DNA of 64,000 bases from Candidatus Latescibacterota bacterium (GCA_965248265.1 CBDFJF010000001.1:2848001-2912000); one strand, 5' to 3'. Positions 1-10,268 are shown, numbered from the stretch's first letter. Notes: a model not told the origin generated them from the sequence alone. Numbers and translations are program-made.

Positions 1-2
1 AT

Positions 3-1382
3 ATGTCGCCGGTTTTTCTCACCAGCGTAACGACGGCGATCGGTTTTCTGTCGCTGAACTTTTCCGACTCACCTCCCTTCGGTGACCTGGGCAACATCAC
101 CGCCGTGGGCATGGTGGCTGCTTTCTTCTACTCGGTCGGATTTCTGCCCGCGTTTATCGCCATCGTCCCGGTCAAGGTACGCGAAGGGCAGTCTGTTCTC
201 GGCCGCTTCATGGACCAGCTTGGCGACTGGGTCGTCGAGCGCAACAGGCGAATACTCGTCGTGTTCTCGGCGTTCGCCATGCTCCTGCTCGCCTTCATTC
301 CATCGAACGATCTCAATGACGATTTCGTCGCCTACTTCGACGAGTCGACCTCGTTCCGCAGCGACGTCAATATCACCACGGAACGGCTCACGGGGGCCTA
401 CCAGCTGCAGTACTCGCTGGAATCCGGCTCCAGCAATGGGGTCAGTGATCCGGTATTCCTGGAGCGGGTCGGCGGCTTCGTCGAATGGCTTCGTTCGCAG
501 CCCGAGGTCCGGCACGTCAACTCCATCACCGATACCTTCAAGCGCCTGAACATGAATTTGCACGGCGACGACCGCTCCTACTACCGACTGCCGGAGGACC
601 GCGAGCTCGCCGCCCAGTACCTGCTGCTCTACGAGCTGTCCCTGCCCTACGGCTTGGACCTCAACAATCAACTCAACATCGACAAGTCCAGCACCCAGAT
701 CGTCGCCACCCTAAACAACCTCGATTCTCGCCGCCTGCGCGACATCGCCCAACGCGGCGAGGCCTGGCTGCGCGACAACACTCCCGAGATGGCAGCGAGC
801 GGAATCGGCCCCGCCATCATGTTCGCCTATATATCGGATCGAAATATCCGCTCCATGCTGGTCGGTACCTTCCTGGCCGTCTTGCTTATCTCTGCTATTC
901 TGGTGGGGGTGCTGCGGTCACCGAAACTGGGCACGATATCGCTGGTGCCCAACTTGCTGCCTGCCGGCCTCGCCTTCGGTGCCTGGGGGTTTTTCGTGGG
1001 TGAGCTCAACATGGCCGTGTCCATGGTCAGCGGCATGACCCTGGGCATCGTCGTCGATGATACCATTCACTTTCTGACGAAGTATAAAAGAGGCCGGCTC
1101 GAGCAGGGACTGGACGCACCTGATGCCGTCCGCTATGCCTTTTCCCATGTCGGTCAGGCCATCGTCGTCACCTCGATTATCCTGATCGCCGGGTTCAGCG
1201 TGCTGGCCACCTCGGACTTTGCTCTCAATTCACTGATGGCACTGCTTACCGCCATCGCCATCTTCATGGCCGTTGTTGCCGACTTCCTGCTGCTGCCAGC
1301 CCTCCTCATCATGCTGGACAGCAGGAAGCCCAAAGAGGCTGCCGGACTCGCCGGTGTGCCCAGTCCCGCACCCGCCAGCTGA
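3..1382 (+). CDS. MMPL/RND-family exporter (5' part lies outside the window)
   Basis: TM bundles flanking a periplasmic domain; motifs LTSVTTAIGF, GIVVDDTIHF, VGQAIVVTSIILIAGF. Confidence 0.9.
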   Translation: MSPVFLTSVTTAIGFLSLNFSDSPPFGDLGNITAVGMVAAFFYSVGFLPAFIAIVPVKVREGQSVLGRFMDQLGDWVVERNRRILVVFSAFAMLLLAFIPSNDLNDDFVAYFDESTSFRSDVNITTERLTGAYQLQYSLESGSSNGVSDPVFLERVGGFVEWLRSQPEVRHVNSITDTFKRLNMNLHGDDRSYYRLPEDRELAAQYLLLYELSLPYGLDLNNQLNIDKSSTQIVATLNNLDSRRLRDIAQRGEAWLRDNTPEMAASGIGPAIMFAYISDRNIRSMLVGTFLAVLLISAILVGVLRSPKLGTISLVPNLLPAGLAFGAWGFFVGELNMAVSMVSGMTLGIVVDDTIHFLTKYKRGRLEQGLDAPDAVRYAFSHVGQAIVVTSIILIAGFSVLATSDFALNSLMALLTAIAIFMAVVADFLLLPALLIMLDSRKPKEAAGLAGVPSPAPAS

Positions 1383-1415
1383 TTTGAATGAATACTCCAG
1401 GAGATAGATAAAGAC

Positions 1416-2291
1416 ATGAACCTCTACGACATCATCCGCAACAGCTGTGCCCGAGTACCCGCCCTGCTCTCCATCGCGGGAGCCTTGCGGGTATCGGGGC
1501 TCGCCGTCTTCATCATGCTCTCAGCGCCGGTAGTGAGCCTGGCACAAAAACCGCCCGCCCAAATCGACCCCGCCGATGCTGCCCGTGGGTTGGAGATCGC
1601 CGTGGAAGCCGATCGACGCGACACCGGCTTCGGTGACTTCAAGGCCAACATCACGATGGTTCTGCGCAACAAGCATGGCGAAGCGTCCGAGCGGCGCATG
1701 CAGGTGCGGACCCTGGAGCAGAGTGATGACGGCGATAAATCCCTGATCATCTTCGAAAATCCAGGCGACGTGAAGGGGACCTCCTTCCTGTCCTTTACCC
1801 ACAAAACCGGCTCGGATGACCAGTGGCTTTACCTGCCCAAATTGAAACGGGTCAAGCGCATCGCCTCCAGCAACAAGTCCGGCCGGTTCATGGGCAGCGA
1901 GTTCGCCTACGAGGACATCTCCTCCCAGGAAGTGGAGAAGTACAGCTACCGGTTCATCGGCGAGGAGGCCATTGACGGGCGCAACCACTTCGTTGTTGAG
2001 CGCGACCCGGCGGATCCGAAGTCCGGCTACTCTCGGCAGATCGCCTGGCTCGACACCGATGAGTATCGTGTCTGGAAAGTCGACTTCTACGATCGCCGCG
2101 GCTCGCTGGTGAAGACGCTGACGGTCAGCGACTACGACCAGTACCTGGAAAAGTTCTGGCGCGCCAAGAGCTGGAAGATGGTCAACCACCAAACCGGGAA
2201 GGAGACCGATCTTCTGTGGGACGAGTTTGTTTTTGCCAATGGGTTCGAAGACAAGGATTTCAGCAAGAACAGCCTGGCCCGTGCTCGCTGA
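1416..2291 (+). CDS. Outer-membrane lipoprotein-sorting (LolA-like) protein
   Basis: Signal peptide-like N-terminus; family motifs PGDVKGTSFL, DDQWLYLP, KRVKRI, FMGSEFAYED; follows the MMPL gene. Confidence 0.85.
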   Translation: MNLYDIIRNSCARVPALLSIAGALRVSGLAVFIMLSAPVVSLAQKPPAQIDPADAARGLEIAVEADRRDTGFGDFKANITMVLRNKHGEASERRMQVRTLEQSDDGDKSLIIFENPGDVKGTSFLSFTHKTGSDDQWLYLPKLKRVKRIASSNKSGRFMGSEFAYEDISSQEVEKYSYRFIGEEAIDGRNHFVVERDPADPKSGYSRQIAWLDTDEYRVWKVDFYDRRGSLVKTLTVSDYDQYLEKFWRAKSWKMVNHQTGKETDLLWDEFVFANGFEDKDFSKNSLARAR

Positions 2292-2340
2292 CGGTCGGGA
2301 CCCACGGGGCTTGAGGAGACCTGAGGTTATTCGTGTGGTG

Positions 2341-3528
2341 ATGCGGGCCGTCCTTGTCGCTTCAGTCACTGCTGTTTCGTTCGTTGCGCAACCGGTCTCG
2401 GCCGGTGAGCTCTCCGGAGAGATCGCGTTCGAGAGTCGTCTCTTCCCGAGTGACGCCCTTGATGCTCGTCAGCAAGACACTGGACTCTCCGTTGCCTTTG
2501 AGCCGGAGTTTTATCACGACTGGGCTGATGGCGACCAGCGTTTCGTCGTCGTCCCCTTCGTGCGCTGGGACCTCGAAGACTCGGAGCGTACCCATGTGGA
2601 TGTGCGCGAGCTCTACTGGCGGCGCTCCTTTGCCAACGAGGATCTCTATATCGGATTTCGAAAGGTGTTCTGGGGGGTGACCGAGTCTGTCCATCTCGTC
2701 GACATCGTCAACCAGACTGATCAGGTCGAAAACCCGGATGGCGAGGACAAGCTCGGTCAGCCCATGCTGCAGCTGACTCTGCTGCGCGACTGGGGCACGC
2801 TGGATCTGTTCCTCATGTCTGGGTTTCGCGAACGCCCCTTCGCTGGGGGCGACGGCAGGCTGAGACCTCCTCTGTCCGTCGACGGAGATGATACGTCCTA
2901 CGAGGCCGAGCTCGATCGGTGGCAGCCCGACCTGGCTGCACGCTGGAGTCAGATCCTCGGCGACTACGACATCGGCATCAGTCACTTTTTCGGCACGTCC
3001 CGAGAACCGGGCTTGATTCCACGCAGCTCCGCCGAGGGTACGCCAGGGGACAGGCTTACTCCCCACTACGATCTTCTGAATCAGACCAGTCTGGACCTGC
3101 AGCTCACCCGCGGCGACTGGCTCGCCAAGCTCGAAGCGGTACACCGCGATGGTGGCGACGGCCGCTCCAGTGCAGCGGTCGCCGGCGTTGAGTATACCCT
3201 GGTCGGCCTGTTCGGTGACGCCGATCTGGGCGTCGTCGCCGAGGGCCAGTACGACAACCGAGATGCGCCCACGTTTTTCGACAACGACATTGCTGTTGGC
3301 GGACGTTTCACCCTCAATGACACCCAGGATACCGATGTTCTCGCCTTCACCTCCATCGACCTGGACAACGGCTCACGCTTTACCTCAGTAGAGACCAACA
3401 GGCGCTGGAGCGACTCCGGTGAGATCAGGCTGGAAGCTCGATTTTTCAGCAACGTGGACCCTGCCGATCCACTGTTCGCGTTGCGGCGAGACGACTACAT
3501 TCAAGTAGAGTACGTGCAATTCTTCTGA
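2341..3528 (+). CDS. Putative outer-membrane beta-barrel protein of the MMPL/LolA-like cassette
   Basis: Signal peptide from ATG 2341; amphipathic beta strands; C-terminal Phe (YIQVEYVQFF); WGVTESVHLVDIVNQTD motif. Confidence 0.7.
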   Translation: MRAVLVASVTAVSFVAQPVSAGELSGEIAFESRLFPSDALDARQQDTGLSVAFEPEFYHDWADGDQRFVVVPFVRWDLEDSERTHVDVRELYWRRSFANEDLYIGFRKVFWGVTESVHLVDIVNQTDQVENPDGEDKLGQPMLQLTLLRDWGTLDLFLMSGFRERPFAGGDGRLRPPLSVDGDDTSYEAELDRWQPDLAARWSQILGDYDIGISHFFGTSREPGLIPRSSAEGTPGDRLTPHYDLLNQTSLDLQLTRGDWLAKLEAVHRDGGDGRSSAAVAGVEYTLVGLFGDADLGVVAEGQYDNRDAPTFFDNDIAVGGRFTLNDTQDTDVLAFTSIDLDNGSRFTSVETNRRWSDSGEIRLEARFFSNVDPADPLFALRRDDYIQVEYVQFF

Positions 3529-3545
3529 AGTATTGAGGCATTCGG

Positions 3546-4157
3546 ATGGCCAGGCCACGTGAATTCGACATGGATCAAGCCCTGGATGCGGCTCTGAACA
3601 CATTCTGGACCCAGGGCTATGAGGCGACCTCCATGACCGACCTGATGGAGGCCACCGGGCTGCACAAGGGGTCTCTCTACAAGGCCTTCGAGGACAAGCA
3701 CGATCTGTTCATGAAGTCGCTGACCCGGTACCTGGACGCTACCTGGGCGATGTCTCAGGCGACGTTGACGGAGGCTGAGAGCCCACTCGACGGTCTCCGT
3801 GCCTGGTTGCAGGGGGCCGCTCAGCTGTGTAGCAAGCAGCCGATCCAACGAGGGTGCATGGCCATGAACACGGCCATCGAACTCGGCCCCCACGACAGCG
3901 AAGTTGCCAGACTGCTAAAAGACAATCACGCCCGCGTCTCCCAATTGTTGACCGAAACCATCCAGCGCGGTCAACGTGAGGGCCAACTGCGCACCGACCT
4001 CACCGCCGACCAGCTCGCCAAGTCCCTCTTCGTTTTCACCGCCGGCCTCGTCGGCACGTCTAAGATTCTCGGCGACACCATCGACTCCGAGGAAATGGTG
4101 GCGGCCCACATCCAATGCATCGCCCCGCAGGAAGGTCGGACCCGGCGCGGAGGATGA
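3546..4157 (+). CDS. TetR/AcrR (NemR/ComR-like) transcriptional regulator
   Basis: MARPREFD...GYEATSMTDLMEATGLHKGSLYKAF HTH; GC motif in the C-terminal domain. Confidence 0.92.
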   Translation: MARPREFDMDQALDAALNTFWTQGYEATSMTDLMEATGLHKGSLYKAFEDKHDLFMKSLTRYLDATWAMSQATLTEAESPLDGLRAWLQGAAQLCSKQPIQRGCMAMNTAIELGPHDSEVARLLKDNHARVSQLLTETIQRGQREGQLRTDLTADQLAKSLFVFTAGLVGTSKILGDTIDSEEMVAAHIQCIAPQEGRTRRGG

Positions 4158-5914
4158 GCGCCGATGCCCTCAGCAAGCTGACCACCGATCACCGCGCCAT
4201 CGCCCGTGCCGTCGCTCAGTTAAAGGACAAAGCTCGCGAGTTCGCCAGGATTCCTCCGGCGACCAAGGCGCTTGTGCTGCGCGAGTGCATGGCGGGATTG
4301 GTGAGGGAAGCACCCGGTTGGGTGGCCGAAGGGGCGAGGGCGCGCAGCGCCAGTCCAGCGGAGGAATGGCTGGCTGGCCCGATAGTGACAGTACGGTTGT
4401 TCCGCTTGATGGCAGAAAGCCTGGACCGCATTGCCGCCGACGGCAACCCCTCACTCGGCCGCGCCATCCGGATTCGTGACGATGGTCGGATCGAGATTAC
4501 CCTGTTTCCGGGCAGCTCACTGGACCGGGTGAGTTTCGCTGGTTTCTCGGGTACCGCGCTGATGGAAGCAGGGGTCAGCCTCGACGACGCGCGCGCGCGG
4601 CAGGCAGCCTTCTACCAGCAGCAGCTCCCCGATGGAGGCCTGTCAGTCATTCTCGGCGCCGGTAACGTCTCCAGCATACCAGCCATGGACGTGGCCACGA
4701 AGATGTTCATCGACGGCAAGGTCTGCATCCTCAAGATGAACCCGGTGAACGAATGGGTTGGGCCGTTCCTGGAGCGAGCCCTGGCTCCCCTGATCTCCCG
4801 TGACTATCTGCGCATCGTCTACGGCGGCGCCGAGGTGGGGGCGAATCTGGTCTACCATTCCCAGGTGGATGAGGTGCACCTCACCGGATCTGCGCAGACC
4901 CACGACCTCATCGTGTGGGGGTCGCCAGGTGACGAACGTGAGCAGCGTCGGGCCGACGGCGACCCATTGCTCAAGACTCCGATCACGTCTGAGCTCGGCA
5001 ACGTCAGCCCGGTTGCCATCGTCCCCGACTACTACAGCGACGACGAACTCCGGTTCATGTCCCGCAACATCGTGACGATGGTTGTCAACAATGCGTCGTT
5101 CAACTGTAACGCTGCTAAGATGATCGTCACGGCTGCCGGATGGCCACAGCGTATCAAGTTTCTCGACATGATAGCGAGCACCCTCGCCGCCGCGCCCACC
5201 CGACGTGCCTACTATCCCGGGGCCTTCGAGCGCTGGCAGGCACTGATGGCCAACCACAACGATGCCGAGCACATCGGAGATGTCGGTGACGACACACTGC
5301 CATGGGCACTCATCCGCGGCCTCGACTCTGGAGATCCAGACGAGCCCCTGTTCTTCGTCGAGCCGTTTTGTGGCATCCTCAGCGAGACCAGCGTCGGCAG
5401 CAACGACGCGGTAGAATTTCTCGAGGCTGCAACCGCCTTCATGAACGGGTGCCTGTGGGGGACGCTCAATGCCACCCTACTGATCCCACCCGCACTGGAA
5501 GCCGACCCGCTTGTGGCCACCGCCCTGGATCGGGCCATCGTGAAGCTTCGATATGGCACCGTGGCCATCAACCACTGGCCGGCCCTCGGTTACGGATTCG
5601 GGTGCATGCCGTGGGGCGGACACCAGAGTTCAACCCTGGACGACATTCAGAGCGGCCTCGGATGGGTCCACAACACCTTCATGCTGGATGGGGTCGACAA
5701 GTCTGTCGTACGCGGTCCGCTGACCGTCAAACCCTACCCGGTGTGGTTCTTCGACAACGAGAAGACCGCCAAGGTGGCACCGCACATAAAAGGTGGCACC
5801 GCACATAATAGGAATAGAAGCGAAGCCCAGCTGGCTCAAGCTGCCTGGACTCTTGAGACGCGTCCTGTTGTAAGTTCACACGGCGTGACGGAGCTGCATG
5901 TCGGTCGAAACTGA
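4154..5914 (+). CDS. Aldehyde dehydrogenase-family protein; native C-terminus apparently replaced after about 5790
   Basis: ATGA overlap with tetR; motifs LGAGN, LTGS, SELGNVSP, catalytic Cys in NASFNC, EPFC; tail after the 19-bp duplication looks non-coding. Confidence 0.8.
   Translation: MSADALSKLTTDHRAIARAVAQLKDKAREFARIPPATKALVLRECMAGLVREAPGWVAEGARARSASPAEEWLAGPIVTVRLFRLMAESLDRIAADGNPSLGRAIRIRDDGRIEITLFPGSSLDRVSFAGFSGTALMEAGVSLDDARARQAAFYQQQLPDGGLSVILGAGNVSSIPAMDVATKMFIDGKVCILKMNPVNEWVGPFLERALAPLISRDYLRIVYGGAEVGANLVYHSQVDEVHLTGSAQTHDLIVWGSPGDEREQRRADGDPLLKTPITSELGNVSPVAIVPDYYSDDELRFMSRNIVTMVVNNASFNCNAAKMIVTAAGWPQRIKFLDMIASTLAAAPTRRAYYPGAFERWQALMANHNDAEHIGDVGDDTLPWALIRGLDSGDPDEPLFFVEPFCGILSETSVGSNDAVEFLEAATAFMNGCLWGTLNATLLIPPALEADPLVATALDRAIVKLRYGTVAINHWPALGYGFGCMPWGGHQSSTLDDIQSGLGWVHNTFMLDGVDKSVVRGPLTVKPYPVWFFDNEKTAKVAPHIKGGTAHNRNRSEAQLAQAAWTLETRPVVSSHGVTELHVGRN
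5771..5808 (+). repeat. Perfect 19-bp tandem duplication (aaggtggcaccgcacataa x2)
   Basis: Copies read directly at 5771-5789 and 5790-5808. Confidence 0.95.
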
Positions 5915-6044
5915 ATGGAATCCTGAGTTGAGTCCTCTTCCTTGACCGACTCCTGACAATTCCCCTTTATGTGCCGTAGATACGTTCCATCCGGAGCGGC
6001 CGAAGAGAACCGGTTTTCAATCACGGCACGAATGAAAGGACCCC

Positions 6045-6821
6045 ATGCCCCCTGACATCACCGACTACGGCAACTCCTACATCCGTTGGACCGGCTCGTT
6101 CAATACTGATGACAAGCGCAAACCCGGACACATGCCCTGGGACAATACCGTGCGCATTCTGCTGGATTCGCGCTGTTGGATCACGGATGCGTCTGGCGAG
6201 ACTCGTGAGTACAACATGATTTCGCCATGCCGAACGGAGTGGATGTACCGCTCGGACATTCTGTGGCAGCAACCCAATTATGAATTCGCCGGCATATGCT
6301 CTTCGACAGAATGGATGGCCGGACACATCAGGGCGGGAGACATGAACGAATTCGGTGGCGACTGGCGAGATGCGCGCCCGATCGAGAATCGCTTTCGGGA
6401 TTTTCAAACCGACGCCAGGTACCATTCGCACGTAGACGAGCTGGAAAACGACGAACAGGTCGTCGAGGCGACGCTGAGTTCCCAACCGATCGTTGCCCGT
6501 ACCGAGGTCTGGAGTTCCGACGAGAAGACCCGGGCGGTAGTCGAGTACCCGATCAAGACCATGAATGTGCAGTTGGATCGCAAGCTTATGCAGGTTGACA
6601 CCGGTCCCTGCATCTACCCTGATCTCGATGCTGACACAGACAGCGAAATCAAGAAGCTCCACTTCGCCTTCGTCTGCTTCAACGCCAACGACGTCGCCGA
6701 GTTCGTCCTGCGCGGACCCACACCGGTTGTACGCGACGGCGAGCAGGTTGGCACCTACATCGATTACTCGGACGTGCGCCGCGTGCCGATCAAGAACACA
6801 TTTTACGTAGCGCGGTCGTAA
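6045..6821 (+). CDS. Hypothetical cytoplasmic protein (258 aa)
   Basis: SD aaagga, typical GC3 codon usage, leads the operon; no family recognised. Confidence 0.8.
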   Translation: MPPDITDYGNSYIRWTGSFNTDDKRKPGHMPWDNTVRILLDSRCWITDASGETREYNMISPCRTEWMYRSDILWQQPNYEFAGICSSTEWMAGHIRAGDMNEFGGDWRDARPIENRFRDFQTDARYHSHVDELENDEQVVEATLSSQPIVARTEVWSSDEKTRAVVEYPIKTMNVQLDRKLMQVDTGPCIYPDLDADTDSEIKKLHFAFVCFNANDVAEFVLRGPTPVVRDGEQVGTYIDYSDVRRVPIKNTFYVARS

Positions 6822-6844
6822 ACAAAGCACAAGGAGACCACACC

Positions 6845-7969
6845 ATGAAGACGTACCGCGCCGCCGTAATCGGCCTCGGGCGTATGGGCAGCACCTTCGA
6901 TGACGAGATGGATCGAGGTTCGTCAATCTATCTGCCTTACTGCCACACCCCTGCTTACGTCGCCTCCCCCAATGTCGAGCTGGTCGCCGGCGCCGACCCG
7001 CACGAAGGGCAGAGGTCCGTGTACGCCGAACGCTGGGGCCTGCCCGCGGAGCGCGTCTATGATGATTACCGGACCATGCTGGAGTCCGAAGATCTCGACC
7101 TCGTCAGCGTCTGCACCAATGCGCGCCATCGCCCCGAAATTGTCGAGCAGGTGGCCAAGTCCGGTGTGCGGGCAATATGGGCCGAGAAACCGATGGCCTT
7201 TACGCTGGCCGAGGCAGATCGCATGGTGAAGATCTGCGCGGACAACTCGGTTGCCCTGGCCGTCAACTGCGCCCGCCGTTACAACCCGCACTTGACCCAA
7301 GCCAGTCGGATGATTCAGGGCGGTGAGTTGGGCGAGATCTACCAGATCACGGCCTTGTTCAACTGTTTCCTGTCCCACAACGGCAGCCACGGCATCGATG
7401 CCATGCGTTACCTGGTCGGTGGTGACGTCGAATGGGTGTTTGGCGAGATGGAATCGGATGATGCCGCAGCCCGTGAAGAGGATCTGGCCGGCAATGGTTA
7501 TTTCGCCTTCGACAATGGAGTGCGCGGGTACTTGCGCTCCACGACCGTCGGCCCCACAGGTGGGGAGTTTGACGTCATTGGCTCACAAGGCCGTTTTCGC
7601 TCACTGGTCGACTGCCAGGTGTTTGAGCTCTACAAGGCCGTGCCCGGCGGGCGTCGCGACTCATTGCAGATGGCGCAGGTGCCGTTTCCACTACCACTGA
7701 ATATTCCCGGCTCTGGCCTGACCATCGTAGCTGATCTGATCGAAGCAGCTGAAGCGGGTCGTCCGCCTCGGTGCTCTGGAGAAGACGGAGGCAAGGCGCT
7801 GGAGATCGCCATAGCTATGCGCGAATCACACCGGCGCGGTGGCGTGCGTGTCGATCTGCCGCTGGCCGACCGCTCACTGCGCATCATCTCGGCCGAAGCC
7901 CGGGGTGATGGGACGCCGGCACGCGTGCTTCGCGAGCGTGCAGCCGCGAAATCAGGGGCGTCCCAATGA
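6845..7969 (+). CDS. Gfo/Idh/MocA oxidoreductase
   Basis: GLGRMG Rossmann motif; AEKPMA motif. Confidence 0.9.
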   Translation: MKTYRAAVIGLGRMGSTFDDEMDRGSSIYLPYCHTPAYVASPNVELVAGADPHEGQRSVYAERWGLPAERVYDDYRTMLESEDLDLVSVCTNARHRPEIVEQVAKSGVRAIWAEKPMAFTLAEADRMVKICADNSVALAVNCARRYNPHLTQASRMIQGGELGEIYQITALFNCFLSHNGSHGIDAMRYLVGGDVEWVFGEMESDDAAAREEDLAGNGYFAFDNGVRGYLRSTTVGPTGGEFDVIGSQGRFRSLVDCQVFELYKAVPGGRRDSLQMAQVPFPLPLNIPGSGLTIVADLIEAAEAGRPPRCSGEDGGKALEIAIAMRESHRRGGVRVDLPLADRSLRIISAEARGDGTPARVLRERAAAKSGASQ

Positions 7970-9306
7970 GTCTGCACCAACGCCTCACTGCTCTGGCTGA
8001 GGCCGGCGAGCCAGTACGGGTCGGGCTGATCGGTGCCGGCAAGTTCGGCAGTATGTTCCTCAACCAGGTGAGATTGACTACCGGCGTTCACCTCGTCGGT
8101 ATTGCTGACCTCGATGTGGAGCGGGCGCGCCAGCGTTGCCTCGATATCGGATGGCCGGACGAACAATTGGCGGCCAGCAGTAGCGACGATGCCCTGCGCT
8201 CGGGGTCGACCTGGTTGACCGACAGCGCGGAAGGCTTGGTCAGCTCGGGCGCCCTGCAGATCCTGATCGAGGCCACCGGTGACCCGGCAAATGGCATCCG
8301 TCATTGTCGCCTGGCACGACAGCACGGCGTTCACATCATCATGGTCAACGTCGAGGGCGACGCCCTCGCCGGACCACTGCTGGCGCGCGAGGCGCAGGCC
8401 GCCGGCCTCGTGTACAGCCTGGCCTGGGGGGATCAACCTGCGCTGATCTGCGAACACGTCGATTGGGCCCGCACCTGCGGCTTCGAAGTAGTTTGCGCCG
8501 GCAAGGGCACTCGATACCTGCCGCGCTTCCATGAATCGACTCCCGAAACCGTGTGGGAGGCATTCGGTATCTCAGCCGAGGACGCCGAGCGTGGCGGCAT
8601 GAACCCGCAAATGTTCAACAGCTTCATCGATGGCACCAAGTCGGCGATCGAGATGACGGCGGTCTGCAACGCCACCGGGCTGCTTCCTCAGGACGAAGGA
8701 TTGCGCTTTCCTCCGGCCTCGTGTTGGGACCTGGCCAACATCTGCAGGCCCAGGTCGGCCGGTGGTCTGTTGTCCCGGACCGGCACCACGGAGGTCGTCT
8801 CTTCCCTGCACCGCGACCAGAGCCCGGTCGAGAACGACCTTCAGTTCGGCACGTATGTCGTCATCGAAGGGGAAACAGAGTACGCACGGCGCTGTTTCAG
8901 AGAATATCGGATGCTCCCGGACGATACCGGACAGTACGCCGCCCTTTTCCGCCCCACCCATATGATCGGCCTCGAACTCGGGCTGTCTGTTGCTTCGATC
9001 GCCCTGCGCGACGAACCGACCGGGGCTCCCACGGGCTTTCGCAGCGATGTGGCCGCGGTCGCCAAGAAATCTCTGAAGGCCGGAGAGACTCTGGACGGCG
9101 AAGGGGGCTATTCGGTCTGGGGAAAACAACTGGCGGCCCGGCGCTCGGTCAGCGAAGGTGCACTACCGATCGGGCTGGCTCATGGGTTATCGCTGGTCAG
9201 TGATGTCGCCCAGGGCGAGACGTTGCGTTGGGATGACGTCGAGATTGACGAGGGATCGGACGTTGTCGGTGCCCGACGGGAAATGGAGTCGGTTTGCCTT
9301 TCATAG
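7966..9306 (+). CDS. Homoserine-dehydrogenase-like NAD(P)-binding oxidoreductase with C-terminal SAF domain
   Basis: GAGKFG, GDQP, DGTKSAIEM, LDGEGGY and LPIGLA (SAF) motifs; ATGA coupling. Confidence 0.88.
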   Translation: MSLHQRLTALAEAGEPVRVGLIGAGKFGSMFLNQVRLTTGVHLVGIADLDVERARQRCLDIGWPDEQLAASSSDDALRSGSTWLTDSAEGLVSSGALQILIEATGDPANGIRHCRLARQHGVHIIMVNVEGDALAGPLLAREAQAAGLVYSLAWGDQPALICEHVDWARTCGFEVVCAGKGTRYLPRFHESTPETVWEAFGISAEDAERGGMNPQMFNSFIDGTKSAIEMTAVCNATGLLPQDEGLRFPPASCWDLANICRPRSAGGLLSRTGTTEVVSSLHRDQSPVENDLQFGTYVVIEGETEYARRCFREYRMLPDDTGQYAALFRPTHMIGLELGLSVASIALRDEPTGAPTGFRSDVAAVAKKSLKAGETLDGEGGYSVWGKQLAARRSVSEGALPIGLAHGLSLVSDVAQGETLRWDDVEIDEGSDVVGARREMESVCLS

Positions 9307-9349
9307 CGATATGCTGTCGTAACAGTCGGTGTTTTATGAGAGTGTGGTC

Positions 9350-9814
9350 ATGAAAGGCGAGAAGCGGGTTTTGAAACAATTGGTCAAGACCCTGGACCAA
9401 CTCCACGCCACGTCGAGTACGTTCAAGGAGATTGAGGAGGCTGCTGCCCGCGAGGCCGGCGGACAATCGATGGCCCGCTGGCAGGTACTCAACGCTTCAT
9501 CTAGCGGCAAGTGGACAGTACCCGACATCGCCCGCCGGCTCGGTCTGACCCGTCAGTCTGTGCAGCGTGTTGCTCACGCCCTGGTCGAGGACAACCTGGC
9601 GAGCTTCACGCCGAACCCGGAACGGCGCAACTCTCCCCACCTCCAGCTCACCCTGCAGGGTAGCCAGACCTGGGCGTCGATTGCCCACTCGCTGGAGCGG
9701 CGTCTGGTGAAGTCGTCCGCCGGAGTCGACCGCAAGCAGTTGAAATCAGCACGGCAAGACTTGCGCACCTTGCAGACGGCGGCACAGGGCGCAATGGCGC
9801 GTCCTGGTACCTGA
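9350..9814 (+). CDS. MarR-family regulator
   Basis: TVPDIARRLGLTRQSVQRVAHALVED winged HTH; NPERRNSP wing; alternative start GTG 9329. Confidence 0.85.
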   Translation: MKGEKRVLKQLVKTLDQLHATSSTFKEIEEAAAREAGGQSMARWQVLNASSSGKWTVPDIARRLGLTRQSVQRVAHALVEDNLASFTPNPERRNSPHLQLTLQGSQTWASIAHSLERRLVKSSAGVDRKQLKSARQDLRTLQTAAQGAMARPGT

Positions 9815-9830
9815 ACGGTGCGGGAGCTAC

Positions 9831-10199
9831 TTACTCACCCATCTCGGCGACGAAACCGGCCTCGACCAACATGCCCGCTTGTAGATCGACACCGTAGCAG
9901 CGGCGATTCACGGGATGGTCGCCCAGGTACTCTGCCCAGACTTTGTTGACTTCGCCGACATCGCGATTGACGTCCTGCAGGTAAATGCGCGCCGAACACA
10001 GGTTCTTCTTCGTCAACCCGGCTTCTGCCAGAATCTCGTCCAGCTGACGGAATATCTCGGTCAGCTCTGCGCCAGGGCCTCCCGCTACCGGCGTCGTTTC
10101 GCCCGGAGGTTGGCCAGTCAGAACAGTTTCGAGCACCTTGCCGCTGTGAATGACGGCGGAGCTGAAGGGGAAATCAGATTTACTGCGGATGAATTGCAT
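9831..10199 (-). CDS. RidA/YjgF family protein
   Basis: PFSSAV, N..W, P.RR, LVE motifs; 122 aa. Confidence 0.8.
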   Translation of the reverse strand: MQFIRSKSDFPFSSAVIHSGKVLETVLTGQPPGETTPVAGGPGAELTEIFRQLDEILAEAGLTKKNLCSARIYLQDVNRDVGEVNKVWAEYLGDHPVNRRCYGVDLQAGMLVEAGFVAEMGE

Positions 10200-10268
10200 T
10201 TGTCGCGTTCTCCTATGTGAGTAAGTGTCTGGAATTCCCGAGCGAAATCTGGGTACTCGCCTTCTTCA

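Noticed and set aside
5989-6029. tRNA-like D-loop string (ccggagcggccgaa) followed by ttcaa, suggesting tRNA-Ser or tRNA-Sec
   Set aside because: The anticodon stem does not pair, and there is no T-arm or acceptor stem
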